Source: an uncultured Planctomycetia bacterium
Lineage (GTDB): Bacteria > Omnitrophota > Gorgyraeia > 2-02-FULL-51-18
Reading direction: 5' to 3'
Assembly (NCBI GenBank): GCA_964642015.1
Contig: CAZXLF010000001.1
Location: forward strand, 432,168 to 496,167
DNA length: 64,000 bases
Shown here: positions 27,484-37,913 of the stretch, piece by piece
How the letters are laid out: each line of letters begins with the position of its first letter
Position numbering within the stretch: position 1 is the first letter of the stretch
Program-made: the position numbers and the translations under genes
Notes under the pieces: generated by a model
What the model saw: the letters and a program-made list of their open reading frames with translations, nothing else
Databases searched by the model: none
Told to the model about the DNA's origin: nothing

Positions 27484-28254
27484 ATGAAAAGAATTGTGTT
27501 CGTTTTCGCGGTTTTGTTCGCACTTTATGCGTTTGGCAGATCGATTTATCAAGTCCCGGTGCTGATGTATCATCATGTGGGGGACGTTGCTGAGAACTCG
27601 AAGCTTAACGTAAGCCCTGAGACTTTCGAGCGCCAGATGGAATTTTTGAAGCTCCACCATTATCGCGTCATGTCGTTCGAAGATTTGATCGGGCATATCC
27701 GGATAGGCCAAGGGGTCCCGCGAAACACGGTTGCGATCACGTTTGACGACGGCTACCTTGATAATTTTGTCAACGCATTCCCGATTTTAAAGAAAATGGA
27801 TTTTCCGGCGACGATTTTCATGATCACCGGGAACATCGGAAAAAAAGGATGGCTGAGTGAAGAGGATCTTAGGATATTGGACTCGTCGGGGATCTCGATC
27901 GGCAGTCACACTGTCAATCATGTTTTTTTACCTCATCTTAAAAGAGAAGACGCCATTTTTGAGATCAGCCAGTCACGCAACCAATTAGAAAAGATCCTGG
28001 GTCATCCGGTATTTTTATTCAGTTATCCTGCCGGAGGCGTGACGGAGGATATCAAAAAACTTGTCATGCAGGAAGGCTATCACGGCGCTGTTACGACGAA
28101 TTACGGTGATTCCAAAGATGATCTTTATGCATTTCGTCGTGTGAAGATCACGGAAAATGACGGAAATCTTTTTAGCCTTTGGGCTAAAGTGAGCGGCCTC
28201 TATTCTTTCGGTCGACGCCGTGTCAAAATGGAAACGGAAGGGATGGTCGTTTAG
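27484..28254 (+). CDS. secreted polysaccharide deacetylase (NodB-homology / CE4 domain)
   Basis: Signal-peptide-like N-terminus. 'AITFDDGYLDNF' motif 1 (TFDDG) and His motifs 'SHTVNH'. 256 aa. Confidence 0.8.
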   Translation: MKRIVFVFAVLFALYAFGRSIYQVPVLMYHHVGDVAENSKLNVSPETFERQMEFLKLHHYRVMSFEDLIGHIRIGQGVPRNTVAITFDDGYLDNFVNAFPILKKMDFPATIFMITGNIGKKGWLSEEDLRILDSSGISIGSHTVNHVFLPHLKREDAIFEISQSRNQLEKILGHPVFLFSYPAGGVTEDIKKLVMQEGYHGAVTTNYGDSKDDLYAFRRVKITENDGNLFSLWAKVSGLYSFGRRRVKMETEGMVV

Positions 28255-28256
28255 GT

Positions 28257-29282
28257 TTGGGACCCCGTATCTTGATCGTGAACGTGAATTGGATCGGCGA
28301 TGTTTTATTCTCTACACCGGCGATCCGCGCGATCAAAAAAAGATATCCTAAAAGTTTTTTAGCCTGTCTGGTCCCAAAACGTTGCGTGAATATTTTGAAC
28401 AATAATCCGTACCTTGACGAGATCATCGTAGGGGAGGATCGGGCGCCGTTTTACGCGCTGTTCAAGCATATGCGGATGATCTCCGCTCTCAGGCAAAGGC
28501 GATTTGACAGCGCTATATTTTTTCACCGCTCAAAAACAAGGGTCTTGTGGGCTTGGTTGGCCGGTGTACGCGAAAGAGTCGGTTACCAAGACCCGGGTAA
28601 AAAGCGGCTTTTGACCAAGTCGTGCCCCCGACCCGGAACAGAAATCCACAAAACAGATTATTTTTTGCGTCTTTTAGAATTTTTGGGCATACCTGCTGAT
28701 GGACGGGAACCCGATTTTTATCCACGTAAGGAAGCGCTGCCTGAACTTGCGGAGCTTCTGAGGGGTCACGGAATCCTGCCCGAGGATAAATATATCGTTG
28801 TTCATCCCGGAGGGAATTGGGATCTTAAACGCTGGCCATCGTCCTATTTTTCGGAGTGGATAAGACTTTTCATAAAAAGATCGAATTGGAAAGTCATTCT
28901 TTGCGGAACGATCAGTGAAGAATCGCTTTGTAAGAAGATCTTGTCGGAAGTTCAAAATCCGAAAGTCATTTCTTTTTGCGGAAAAACTTCAATTGATACT
29001 TTAGCGCTTTTGTTAAAAAACGCCGAGTTGCTTGTCTCCAATGATTCTGGTCCGATCCATTTGGCCGCCAGTCAGGGGACCGAGATCATCGGTCTTTTTG
29101 GGCCAACGACGCCGGCACTTACGGGCCCCATATCTCGAGGCCGGTCGTTGATATTAAGAAAAGATGTGGGCTGTGAAATCCCTTGTTATTTCCGTTCCTG
29201 CGACCATCGTGTCTGCATGGAATGGCTTAAGCCAGAAGAAGTCCATGAGAATACTTTGAAATTTTTGGATCAGAGATCATGA
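28257..29282 (+). CDS. LPS heptosyltransferase (GT9)
   Basis: 'RILIVNVNWIGDVLFSTPAIRAIKKRYP' N-terminus. 'VSNDSGPIHLAASQGTEIIGLFGPTTP'. C-terminal CEIPC...C...C motif. TTG start. Confidence 0.85.
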   Translation: MGPRILIVNVNWIGDVLFSTPAIRAIKKRYPKSFLACLVPKRCVNILNNNPYLDEIIVGEDRAPFYALFKHMRMISALRQRRFDSAIFFHRSKTRVLWAWLAGVRERVGYQDPGKKRLLTKSCPRPGTEIHKTDYFLRLLEFLGIPADGREPDFYPRKEALPELAELLRGHGILPEDKYIVVHPGGNWDLKRWPSSYFSEWIRLFIKRSNWKVILCGTISEESLCKKILSEVQNPKVISFCGKTSIDTLALLLKNAELLVSNDSGPIHLAASQGTEIIGLFGPTTPALTGPISRGRSLILRKDVGCEIPCYFRSCDHRVCMEWLKPEEVHENTLKFLDQRS

Positions 29283-31330
29283 CGCCGGACGCTAAAGAGA
29301 TCCGCAGGATCCTTGTTGTGACGCTTTCCAATCTTGGGGACGTGATCCTAACGTTGCCTGTGCTCCAAAGCCTCCATGCTAATTTTCCCAAAGCGGAATT
29401 GCATGTCGTGGTCAGCGCCTCAGCTGCGGAAGTTTTTCAAGGCGATGGACGGATCGCAAAAGTTATTCTGTACGATAAAAGATCCGACTGGCGCAAAAAG
29501 ATCGATTTCATCAAAGGAATCCGCCGAGAAAAGTATTCTTTGATCGTTGATCTCAGACGTTCATTGATAGGGTTATTGGGCGGATCAAGGTTCAGAAATT
29601 CTTATTTTAATTTTTCGCAGCGCACAATACACAGAACAAAGAAGCACTTAAGTGCACTTGACAATATTCTTGGAAGGAATACCGCTGATATCTCATTTCT
29701 TAAGGTCTCGTCACCGGAGACCCTCGCGAAGAACGCGTATATTAGAAACGATCAGAAACTTGTTGTAGCGTCCGTTGGCTCCAAAAGTGATGTCAAAAAA
29801 TGGCCCGCTGAATATTTTGCGGGACTGCTGGATCGATTAGCTGTGAATGATCATTGTCAGATCGTGTTGATCGGCGATAAGCACGACGTGCCGGATGCGC
29901 AAAAGGTGAGAAGTTTGATGCAAAGCTCGGTCATTGATCTTTGTGGGCGCACAAACTTTAAAGAATTATGCGGGGTTTTGAAGATGGCGTCGCTTGTGAT
30001 CACGAACGACAGTGCACCGCTTCATATTGCGGATTCCTTAAAAATACCTGTCTTAGCCATTTTTGGACCAACCGATCCCAGAAAGTATGGACCCCGTCAC
30101 GCTGGAAGCATGGCTGTCCGTAAAGATCTTTTTTGTTCGCCTTGCGAGAAGGCACAGTGCCGCTATGACCATGAATGCATGAAGGATTTGGGTATTGAGG
30201 AGGTTTACCAGAAGTGTTTGCAGATATTAAACGATGAATTTCAGCCGAAAAATCTAAAGATCCTGATGATCCGGTTGGACAGGATCGGTGACGTGGTCCT
30301 GTCGCTGCCGGCCGTTCAAGCGGTCCGCGACCGCTTTCCCAACGCGACTATTTCGATGATGGTGCGCCCCTATACGCGTGCGATCGTGGACGGTCATCCG
30401 GCGATTGACGAAGTGATCGAATACGATTATGAAAAAAATGGAAGACACGGAGGCTTGATCGGTAATATAAGGTTCTTGCGCGAGATCATCAAAAGGCATT
30501 TTGATATCGCGTTCATTTTGAATCCAAGCAACCGTTCTTACAATCTGCCCTTTTTAGCGGGCATCCCTTACAGAATAGGCTTTAGGTCAAGATTTCCTTT
30601 TCTTTTGACCCAGAGCATTTCTGACAGAAGGCATGAGGGGTCGAAGCAGGAATCCGAGTATACATTGGATATCGTAAAAGCTTTTGGTATCGATCAGCCG
30701 GCAACTCTTCCAAAATTAAATATAACTCCTTATGACAATCTTTTACTGTCTAAGCTCTTGGAAAGGCGCGGCTGCACATCGACAGCCGAGCTTATTGCTT
30801 TGCATCCAGGCGCCAGCTGTGCGTCAAAAAGATGGCCCGTGAAGTATTTTGCCGAACTGGGAAAAAAAATCCTTGATGAAACATCTTATCAAATCGTGGT
30901 GATCGGCGGACCTTATGAAAAATCGACAGGCGAAGTCTTAAAAAAAGAACTTGGCGAGCGATCGACTGATTTGACCGGAGCACTTGATCTAAAAATGCTC
31001 TCGACGCTTTTAAGTCGCTGCAGACTTTTAATTTCGAACGACTCGGGGCCCGTGCATATTGCCGCAGCCGTTGGCACCAAGACGCTGACGATTTTCGGAA
31101 GAAATCAAGCCGGCTTGAGCCCGGTCCGTTGGCGCGCGTTGGGTAAGGGGCATGCTGTGATCCAAAAAGATGTGGGTTGCGTCGTATGTCTTGCGCATCG
31201 TTGCGCGATAAACTTTGAATGTCTTCGGGCCATTGAACCTGAAGAAGTTTATAAGATTTTTAGTCAAATGATCTCGGGCAGTGACCGGAAGTTTTTGGAT
31301 TTGGAACAGACGGCCACGGCCGGGTTTTAG
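29279..31330 (+). CDS. tandem (duplicated) LPS heptosyltransferase: two complete GT9 modules in one 683-aa polypeptide
   Basis: Module 1 is 'ILVVTLSNLGDVILTLPVLQSLHANFP ... ITNDSAPLHIADSLKIPVLAIFGPTDP ... CSPCEKAQCRYDHEC'. Module 2 is 'ILMIRLDRIGDVVLSLPAVQAVRDRFPNA ... ISNDSGPVHIAAAVGTKTLTIFG ... CVVCLAHRCAINFEC'. Confidence 0.85.
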   Translation: MTPDAKEIRRILVVTLSNLGDVILTLPVLQSLHANFPKAELHVVVSASAAEVFQGDGRIAKVILYDKRSDWRKKIDFIKGIRREKYSLIVDLRRSLIGLLGGSRFRNSYFNFSQRTIHRTKKHLSALDNILGRNTADISFLKVSSPETLAKNAYIRNDQKLVVASVGSKSDVKKWPAEYFAGLLDRLAVNDHCQIVLIGDKHDVPDAQKVRSLMQSSVIDLCGRTNFKELCGVLKMASLVITNDSAPLHIADSLKIPVLAIFGPTDPRKYGPRHAGSMAVRKDLFCSPCEKAQCRYDHECMKDLGIEEVYQKCLQILNDEFQPKNLKILMIRLDRIGDVVLSLPAVQAVRDRFPNATISMMVRPYTRAIVDGHPAIDEVIEYDYEKNGRHGGLIGNIRFLREIIKRHFDIAFILNPSNRSYNLPFLAGIPYRIGFRSRFPFLLTQSISDRRHEGSKQESEYTLDIVKAFGIDQPATLPKLNITPYDNLLLSKLLERRGCTSTAELIALHPGASCASKRWPVKYFAELGKKILDETSYQIVVIGGPYEKSTGEVLKKELGERSTDLTGALDLKMLSTLLSRCRLLISNDSGPVHIAAAVGTKTLTIFGRNQAGLSPVRWRALGKGHAVIQKDVGCVVCLAHRCAINFECLRAIEPEEVYKIFSQMISGSDRKFLDLEQTATAGF

Positions 31331-31336
31331 ACAGAA

Positions 31337-32179
31337 ATGCCGAAGGACTCTCCGCTGTTTCGTCAAAGAATATTGCGGTTATTTTTGATCGTTTTTCTGT
31401 TGTCCACCGCAGGTTTTTTTCAAACCGCATCATCCTCGAAAAATTTTTCCTCCAAGAAAAAAGAGGCAGCCGAGCCGAGCAGCCTCGGAGCGCCTCTAAA
31501 AACTTTCGAAGTGGGCGAAGCGCTTGTATTCGACGTGTCTTGGATGGGCATACCGGTAGGTTCCGGCACTCTCCAAGTGAAAGAAAAGGTAAAAATTCAT
31601 GGACGCGAGGCTTTTCATGTCGTGGCGATCGCACAGACCAACGATTTTTTGACGAAGATCTACCCGATCTATGATGAGATCCACAGTTTTATAGACACGC
31701 AGGAGTTTTATTCGCTGGAATTCCGAAAAAATCTGAAAGAAGGGCGTTACCGGGCGGATGAAGTGGTTGTTTATGATCACGAGAATAAAATAGCTCATTA
31801 CGAATCTTTTCGCAGCCACGATAAGAAAGAGATCCAAATTCCCCCAAAAGTCCACGATCTGATCAGTGCCTTTTTTTGGTTTAGACTCCAACCCTGGGAA
31901 GTTGGTAAAAGTCTCCATACGGTCGTGAATAGCGAAGAGCAGAACTGGGATCTTGAAGTAGATGTTTTAAAGCAGGAGACAAAGAATCTCAGAGGCGGTC
32001 GGGTAATAGAAACCGTGCTGGTCGAGCCCAAAACGCGCTTAAAAGGCGTCTTTTACGATCGCGGGAGGGCATGGGTCAACTTCACAATCGATTCAAAGAG
32101 GGCCCCGATTTGGATCAAGCTTCAGACTCCATTCGGGCCGATGATCGGCGCGTTGCGTGCGAAAGGCTTAAGCGATTGA
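31337..32179 (+). CDS. hypothetical secreted/periplasmic protein, possibly DUF3108 family
   Basis: N-terminal hydrophobic signal segment 'LRLFLIVFLLSTAGFF'. Beta-rich composition. 280 aa. Assignment to DUF3108 is from memory of family motifs and is uncertain. Confidence 0.45.
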   Translation: MPKDSPLFRQRILRLFLIVFLLSTAGFFQTASSSKNFSSKKKEAAEPSSLGAPLKTFEVGEALVFDVSWMGIPVGSGTLQVKEKVKIHGREAFHVVAIAQTNDFLTKIYPIYDEIHSFIDTQEFYSLEFRKNLKEGRYRADEVVVYDHENKIAHYESFRSHDKKEIQIPPKVHDLISAFFWFRLQPWEVGKSLHTVVNSEEQNWDLEVDVLKQETKNLRGGRVIETVLVEPKTRLKGVFYDRGRAWVNFTIDSKRAPIWIKLQTPFGPMIGALRAKGLSD

Positions 32180-32195
32180 CACTCGTTGCGAAGGG

Positions 32196-33230
32196 GTGTT
32201 AAAATGCGAAGTCTTTCATAAAATTATGATCATGAAATCCTTAAAATTTTCTCGTCTGAAGAGCGTTATCTCCAGCTTTAATCAAGCCAAAGTCCTTGTT
32301 GTCGGGGATCTGATCCTTGATGAGTTTATTTGGGGTAAAGTGACCCGGATTTCCCCCGAAGCGCCGGTACCGGTAGTGTGGGTAGACTCAGAAAATTATA
32401 TGCCTGGAGGAGCCAGTAATGTCGCGAGCAACATTCGTTCTTTGGGCGGTGAGGTGTTTTTGGCGGGAGTAGTCGGTGAGGACGATCGGGCGGAGCTCTT
32501 AAGAGGGGCGCTAAGAAAAAAAGGCGTTAATTGTGAAGGCGTATTCACTGACAAACAGCGACCCACGACCCAGAAAACCAGGGTTATCGCCCATCATCAG
32601 CAGGTCGTGCGCATCGACCGCGAAGTGGTGCGCCCGATCTCAGATCAGGTCTTGAACGATATTATCGATTATATCGGCGAGCGCATCAAAACAGTGGATG
32701 CGCTTATCATTGAGGATTACGGTAAAGGGGTGATCGTGCCGAGATTGGTGAGAGAGGCCGTACGGATCGCGAAAAAATTTGGTAAAATAATCACCGTGGA
32801 TCCCAAGGAAACACACTTTTCCTATTATCGGGGCGTGACCACGATCACTCCGAATCATCATGAAGCGGGTTCGGCTGTGGGTTTTCAGATCAGGGATGAC
32901 GCTTCGCTTGAAAAAGCGGGCCGCAAGCTTCTTGAAAAGTTAAAGTGTGAGACAGTGTTGATTACGCTCGGCGAGAATGGAATGAGTTTGTTCCAAAAAG
33001 GCAAAGCCACGATAAAAATACCGACGGTCGCGCAGGATGTTTTTGATGTTTCCGGTGCGGGCGATACGGTGATCAGCACTTACACGACCGCGCGCGCGAG
33101 AAAAGCGACAGCAGTTGAAGCTGCGCATATTTCAAATTGCGCAGCAGGTATCGTTGTCGGAAAAGTAGGTGTTGCGGTGACGACGGCGGAAGAACTTCTG
33201 GGCCGGATCAAAAAAGAGATAGGAAAATAG
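32196..33230 (+). CDS. hldE: D-glycero-beta-D-manno-heptose-7-phosphate kinase (HldE/RfaE domain I only; PfkB-family sugar kinase)
   Basis: 'KVLVVGDLILDEFIWGKVTRISPEAPVPVV' N-terminus and 'DVSGAGDT' PfkB motif. There is no adenylyltransferase domain II. The real start is probably ATG at 32226 or 32232 rather than GTG at 32196. Confidence 0.85.
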   Translation: MLKCEVFHKIMIMKSLKFSRLKSVISSFNQAKVLVVGDLILDEFIWGKVTRISPEAPVPVVWVDSENYMPGGASNVASNIRSLGGEVFLAGVVGEDDRAELLRGALRKKGVNCEGVFTDKQRPTTQKTRVIAHHQQVVRIDREVVRPISDQVLNDIIDYIGERIKTVDALIIEDYGKGVIVPRLVREAVRIAKKFGKIITVDPKETHFSYYRGVTTITPNHHEAGSAVGFQIRDDASLEKAGRKLLEKLKCETVLITLGENGMSLFQKGKATIKIPTVAQDVFDVSGAGDTVISTYTTARARKATAVEAAHISNCAAGIVVGKVGVAVTTAEELLGRIKKEIGK

Positions 33231-33968
33231 ATGGACGCGATAGGGATCATCCCTGCCAGATACGGATCTACCCGTTTTGAAGGAAAGGTACTGAAAGACC
33301 TTTGTGGAAAACCGGTCATTCAGCATGTCTATGAGCGCGCCAAAAAAGCAAAGACACTGGATGATCTTATCATTGCGGCCGATGATGACAGGATCATTAA
33401 GGTCGTCGAGGGTTTTGGCGGGAAAGTGGTGTTTACCTCTAAATCTCATTCGACCGGCACGGACCGCTTGACCGAGGTCGTCAATGAGATCGATGTGCGC
33501 ATCGTTGTGAACATCCAGGGCGATGAACCTCTGATCAATCCTTTGGTGATCGATGATCTTGTGAGAACCATGCAAGATGATTCAGAGATCGTCATGGCGA
33601 CCGTCGTGAAGAAAAGTCATTCGGAGGAAGAATTTAGAAGCCCGGATGTTGTGAAGGCGATCGTCAGCGATCAGAATTACGCGCTTTATTTTTCTCGTTC
33701 GCCGATTCCCATTTTTTTGAAACCAGGGCCCGAAAATTATTTCTATAAACACATCGGGATTTATGCTTACAACAAGGATTTTTTATTCACGTTCAAAAAA
33801 TTGCCCGTTTCTTATCTTGAGGCAAATGAAAGATTGGAACAACTTCGTGCGCTAGAAAATGGTTACCGTATCAAGGCCATCGAAACAAAATTTGAGACGG
33901 TCGGCGTCGATACTCCACAGGACCTTGAGCTGGCAAAAGAAATTTTAGAGAAAGAGCAAAATGGCTAG
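33231..33968 (+). CDS. kdsB: 3-deoxy-manno-octulosonate cytidylyltransferase (CMP-Kdo synthetase)
   Basis: '[33 protein letters not shown]' N-terminus and 'NIQGDEPLI' motif. 245 aa. Confidence 0.9.
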   Translation: MDAIGIIPARYGSTRFEGKVLKDLCGKPVIQHVYERAKKAKTLDDLIIAADDDRIIKVVEGFGGKVVFTSKSHSTGTDRLTEVVNEIDVRIVVNIQGDEPLINPLVIDDLVRTMQDDSEIVMATVVKKSHSEEEFRSPDVVKAIVSDQNYALYFSRSPIPIFLKPGPENYFYKHIGIYAYNKDFLFTFKKLPVSYLEANERLEQLRALENGYRIKAIETKFETVGVDTPQDLELAKEILEKEQNG

Positions 33969-35574
33969 ATATATTTTTATTACAGGAGGAGTGGTTTCAA
34001 GTTTAGGCAAAGGGATCGTATCGGCATCGATCGGGAAATTGCTTGAATCCAAAGGGCTCAAAGTGATCATGATGAAGTGCGATCCTTATCTGAATGTGGA
34101 TCCGGGGACGATGAGCCCATATCAGCACGGCGAGGTTTATGTGACCGAAGACGGAGCTGAGACAGATCTTGATCTGGGGCACTATGAGCGTTTCACAAAT
34201 GCAGAACCCAGTAAGCTCAACAATGTTACAACCGGAAAGATCTATTACTCCGTTATCACCAAAGAACGTCACGGCGATTATTTAGGTGCCACGGTCCAAG
34301 TTGTTCCGCACATAACAGATGAAATTAAAGCTGCCATTAAGAACGCTTCTCATAATAAAACAGCGGACGTTGTGATCTGCGAGATCGGCGGGACAGTGGG
34401 TGATATTGAAAGTCTGCCGTTCTTGGAAGCGATCAGACAATTCAGACAGGATATCGGCCGGGATCATGCGATCAATATCCATTTGACTCTGATTCCTTAT
34501 ATCCGCGTGGCGGATGAGATCAAAACCAAGCCTACGCAGCACAGCGTCGGCAAAATGCGTGAGATCGGTATCCAGCCGGATATTTTGATGTGCCGTACCG
34601 AAAAACGTCTTTCAAAAGATGTGCGCGAGAAGATCGCTCTTTTCTGCAATGTGGAACCTGATCAAGTGATCCAGGCGCTTGACGTGAGCGAAATATACGA
34701 AGTTCCTTTGGCTCTAAAAGAAGAAGGTCTTGATGCGATCATCATCCGGTTATTGAAGTTAAATTGTGATGACGGCGATGAAAAACTGAAGGCATGGAAG
34801 ACCAATGTTGTCGATAAAGTTTTAAGTCCGTCGAGGCACGTCGTCATCGGTTTTGTCGGAAAATATATCGAGCTTCAGGATGCTTATAAATCCGTTTATG
34901 AGGCGCTGAAACACGGCGGGATCGCCAATGATGCAAAGGTCGAGATACGGAAAGTCGATGCCGAAGATCTGATCGTACACGGGTCCGAGAAATATTTGAA
35001 AGAAGTCAACGGCATTTTGGTTCCCGGCGGATTCGGCGATCGCGGGATCGAAGGAAAGATCAAAGCTATCAAGTACGCAAGAGAAAACAAGATCCCATTT
35101 TTTGGTATTTGTCTTGGCATGCAATGCGCGGTGATCGAGTTCTCGAGAAATGTCTGCGGAATGGGCCGCGCGAATTCCACCGAGTTCAATAAGACCACGC
35201 CCTTTCCGGTGATCAGTCTTCTCGAGGAGCAAAAACGCGTGAATGACTTGGGCGGCACGATGCGTCTCGGCTCTTATCCCTGCACGATCAAGAAAGGCAC
35301 AAAGACGCATAAAGCTTATGGAAAAGATTCTATACATGAACGTCATCGTCATCGCTATGAGTTCAATAACAAATATAAAGTAAAGATGGAAACCAGCGGA
35401 TTAATTGTCTCCGGCACAAGCCCTAATGGAAGGCTAGTGGAGATTATTGAACTAGTAGATCATCCCTGGTTCATCGGCTGCCAATTTCATCCGGAATTCA
35501 AATCCAAACCCGATCAAGCTCACCCATTGTTCCGCGAATTCGTGAGGGCATCGCTCGCTCACAAGGTGGATTAG
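33961..35574 (+). CDS. pyrG: CTP synthase
   Basis: '[19 protein letters not shown]' N-terminus. Glutamine amidotransferase domain '[14 protein letters not shown]'. 537 aa. Confidence 0.95.
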   Translation: MARYIFITGGVVSSLGKGIVSASIGKLLESKGLKVIMMKCDPYLNVDPGTMSPYQHGEVYVTEDGAETDLDLGHYERFTNAEPSKLNNVTTGKIYYSVITKERHGDYLGATVQVVPHITDEIKAAIKNASHNKTADVVICEIGGTVGDIESLPFLEAIRQFRQDIGRDHAINIHLTLIPYIRVADEIKTKPTQHSVGKMREIGIQPDILMCRTEKRLSKDVREKIALFCNVEPDQVIQALDVSEIYEVPLALKEEGLDAIIIRLLKLNCDDGDEKLKAWKTNVVDKVLSPSRHVVIGFVGKYIELQDAYKSVYEALKHGGIANDAKVEIRKVDAEDLIVHGSEKYLKEVNGILVPGGFGDRGIEGKIKAIKYARENKIPFFGICLGMQCAVIEFSRNVCGMGRANSTEFNKTTPFPVISLLEEQKRVNDLGGTMRLGSYPCTIKKGTKTHKAYGKDSIHERHRHRYEFNNKYKVKMETSGLIVSGTSPNGRLVEIIELVDHPWFIGCQFHPEFKSKPDQAHPLFREFVRASLAHKVD

Positions 35575-35576
35575 TT

Positions 35577-36422
35577 GTGAAAACCGCCGAAATGAAATCT
35601 CGCAGCGTGCAAATAGGAAAAATAACAGTTGGTCTCGGTAAGCCGTTGGTCCTTATTGCCGGACCCTGTGTCATTGAGAATGAGAAAAGCGCGCTTCGCC
35701 ATGCTTTTGCGATCAAAAAGATCGCCGATCGTTTGAAAATCCCGTATATTTACAAATCGAGTTATGACAAAGCCAATCGGAGCTCATCTGATTCCTTCCG
35801 CGGTTTGGGAATGAGGGAAGGTTTACAAATTTTGAATAAGATAAAACAAGAAACAGGGCTCCCGATCCTGACCGATATTCACGGCGTTGAGGATGCCTAT
35901 AAAGCTTCTGCAGTAGCGGACATACTGCAGATCCCGGCTTTTCTTTGCCGTCAAACGGACCTCGTCGTTGCAGCCGCGAAGACCGGTAGAGTTGTGAATG
36001 TGAAAAAAGGACAATTTTTGGCTCCGTGGGACATGAAGAACATCGTTCATAAAATAGAGAAAGCAGGAAGTCACAAGATCCTTTTAACCGAGCGCGGGAC
36101 ATCGTTCGGATACAACACGCTTGTCAGTGATTTTCGCGCCATTCCCATCATGAAAGAACTGGGTTATCCGGTCATTTTTGACGCGACGCATTCGGTGCAG
36201 CAGCCCGGAGGGCGCGGAACAAGCTCCGGCGGAGAAAGGCGTTTTGTGCCGATTTTAGCCCAGGCGGCCGTTGCGGTGGGTGTGGATGGAGTATTCATGG
36301 AAGTGCATGAGGATCCCGATCACGCGCCAAGCGATGGCCCCAACATGGTCCCTTTAAAGGATCTCGAAGCGCTTTTAGAACGTCTTCTTAAATTGAATCG
36401 GGCGGTGAAAAATGCCGATTAA
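35577..36422 (+). CDS. kdsA: 2-dehydro-3-deoxyphosphooctonate aldolase (Kdo-8-phosphate synthase)
   Basis: '[10 protein letters not shown]' motif and KDOPS-type '[12 protein letters not shown]' motif. 281 aa. GTG at 35577, or ATG at 35592. Confidence 0.9.
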   Translation: MKTAEMKSRSVQIGKITVGLGKPLVLIAGPCVIENEKSALRHAFAIKKIADRLKIPYIYKSSYDKANRSSSDSFRGLGMREGLQILNKIKQETGLPILTDIHGVEDAYKASAVADILQIPAFLCRQTDLVVAAAKTGRVVNVKKGQFLAPWDMKNIVHKIEKAGSHKILLTERGTSFGYNTLVSDFRAIPIMKELGYPVIFDATHSVQQPGGRGTSSGGERRFVPILAQAAVAVGVDGVFMEVHEDPDHAPSDGPNMVPLKDLEALLERLLKLNRAVKNAD

Positions 36423-37371
36423 GATAGCAAGAAAGATCATCAAGGTAGAGCGTGACGCGTTATCGGAGTTGATCTTAAAGATCGACCGGAATTTCGAGAA
36501 GGCCTGCGAACTTATTTTAAAATCCAAAGGCCGCGTGGTTGTGACCGGAATGGGTAAGCCGGGATTTATCGCTCAGAAGATCTCGGCAACGTTATCTTCG
36601 ACCGGAACACCCTCTCTTTTTCTCCATCCGGCGGAGGCGCTTCATGGCGACCTTGGCCGCGTTGTAAAAGAGGATGTGGTCATCGCTTTTTCCAACAGCG
36701 GTCAAACTGAAGAGATATTGAAATTTTTGCCGGTCGTTAAGAAGATCGGCGCCAAACTGATCGCCGTGACAGGTAATACCAAGTCACTTTTGGCGCGGTT
36801 CAGCGATATTACGCTGGATGTGAGCGTTAAAAAAGAAGCGTGCCCGCTTAATTTAGCTCCAACGGCTTCGACGACCGCGATGCTGGCTCTGGGAGATGCG
36901 CTGGCTTTGACTTTATCGGAGAAAAAAGGCTTCAAACAGGAGGATTTTGCTTTTTATCACCCTGGCGGGAATATCGGAAAAAAACTTTTATTGAAAGTTT
37001 CCGATATTATGCGCACCGGCAAGGACCATCCGGTAGTAAAGGAAACTATGAAGGTGAAAGAAGTTCTTTACAGGATCACTAAAGCCAGAGCCGGATCCGC
37101 TTCGGTGATCGATAAAAAAGGACGCTTGGTCGGGATTTTTACTGACGGAGATCTGAGAAGAAATCTTAAATCCGGTGAGCGTATTCTTGAAAGTCCTTTA
37201 AAAAATGTGATGACAAAAAATCCTATCACAGTCTCGGCGGATAAACTCGCTGTTGAGGCTTCAAGCGTTCTGCGAGGAAAAAAGATCGATGAATTGCCGG
37301 TTGTTGACCGGCATTACCGGCCGGTGGGTCTTTTGGATGTTCAGGATCTGCTTAAAGCAGGTATCGTTTAG
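36412..37371 (+). CDS. kdsD: arabinose-5-phosphate isomerase (SIS domain plus tandem CBS domains)
   Basis: SIS domain '[29 protein letters not shown]' and two C-terminal CBS domains. 319 aa. Confidence 0.9.
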   Translation: MPIKIARKIIKVERDALSELILKIDRNFEKACELILKSKGRVVVTGMGKPGFIAQKISATLSSTGTPSLFLHPAEALHGDLGRVVKEDVVIAFSNSGQTEEILKFLPVVKKIGAKLIAVTGNTKSLLARFSDITLDVSVKKEACPLNLAPTASTTAMLALGDALALTLSEKKGFKQEDFAFYHPGGNIGKKLLLKVSDIMRTGKDHPVVKETMKVKEVLYRITKARAGSASVIDKKGRLVGIFTDGDLRRNLKSGERILESPLKNVMTKNPITVSADKLAVEASSVLRGKKIDELPVVDRHYRPVGLLDVQDLLKAGIV

Positions 37372-37379
37372 ATAAGGTT

Positions 37380-37913
37380 TTGATGATGTCGGATGATCTT
37401 AAAGAACGGATTTTGAAGGTCAAACTTCTGATGTTGGACGTTGACGGTGTCTTGACCGACGGGCGGATCATTTACGGTGATTATGGAGATGAACTCAAAT
37501 TTTTTAATGTTCAGGACGGCTTCGGTCTTGTGATGTTGCGCCGTGCGGGCATTCCGATCGTGGCGATCACTTCGAAAAAATCCCGCGTGAACCAACGCCG
37601 CGCCAAGGAACTTAAGATCTCCAAGCTCTATCAGAACGTGCGCGACAAACGGAAACTTTTTGAGAAGATCGTGAAAAAAATGAAATTGAAGCATGAGGAA
37701 GTTTGTTTTATAGGGGACGACCTGATGGATATTCCGGTTCTTTCCAGGGTCGGTTTTGCCGTGGCTGTGCATAATGCCGTGGAAGACGTGAAAGAATCGG
37801 TGCATTATATTACGCTGAAAAGCGGGGGACACGGTGCGGTGCGTGAAGTGACGGACCTTATCATGAAGACCCAGCATAAATGGCATGACGCAACAGAAAG
37901 GTATTTTCAATAA
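37380..37913 (+). CDS. kdsC: 3-deoxy-D-manno-octulosonate 8-phosphate phosphatase (HAD superfamily)
   Basis: 'LLMLDVDGVLTDGRIIY' HAD motif I and 'GDDLMDIPV' motif. 177 aa. Confidence 0.85.
   Translation: MMMSDDLKERILKVKLLMLDVDGVLTDGRIIYGDYGDELKFFNVQDGFGLVMLRRAGIPIVAITSKKSRVNQRRAKELKISKLYQNVRDKRKLFEKIVKKMKLKHEEVCFIGDDLMDIPVLSRVGFAVAVHNAVEDVKESVHYITLKSGGHGAVREVTDLIMKTQHKWHDATERYFQ

Noticed and set aside
32196-32231. N-terminal 'MLKCEVFHKIM' extension on the heptose kinase from a GTG at 32196
   Set aside because: Homologous kinases start close to the 'KVLVVGD' motif. An ATG at 32226 or 32232 gives the expected N-terminus. The GTG has no spacing to its putative RBS. The extension is probably not translated. 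The ORF-track start was retained in the feature coordinates with this caveat.
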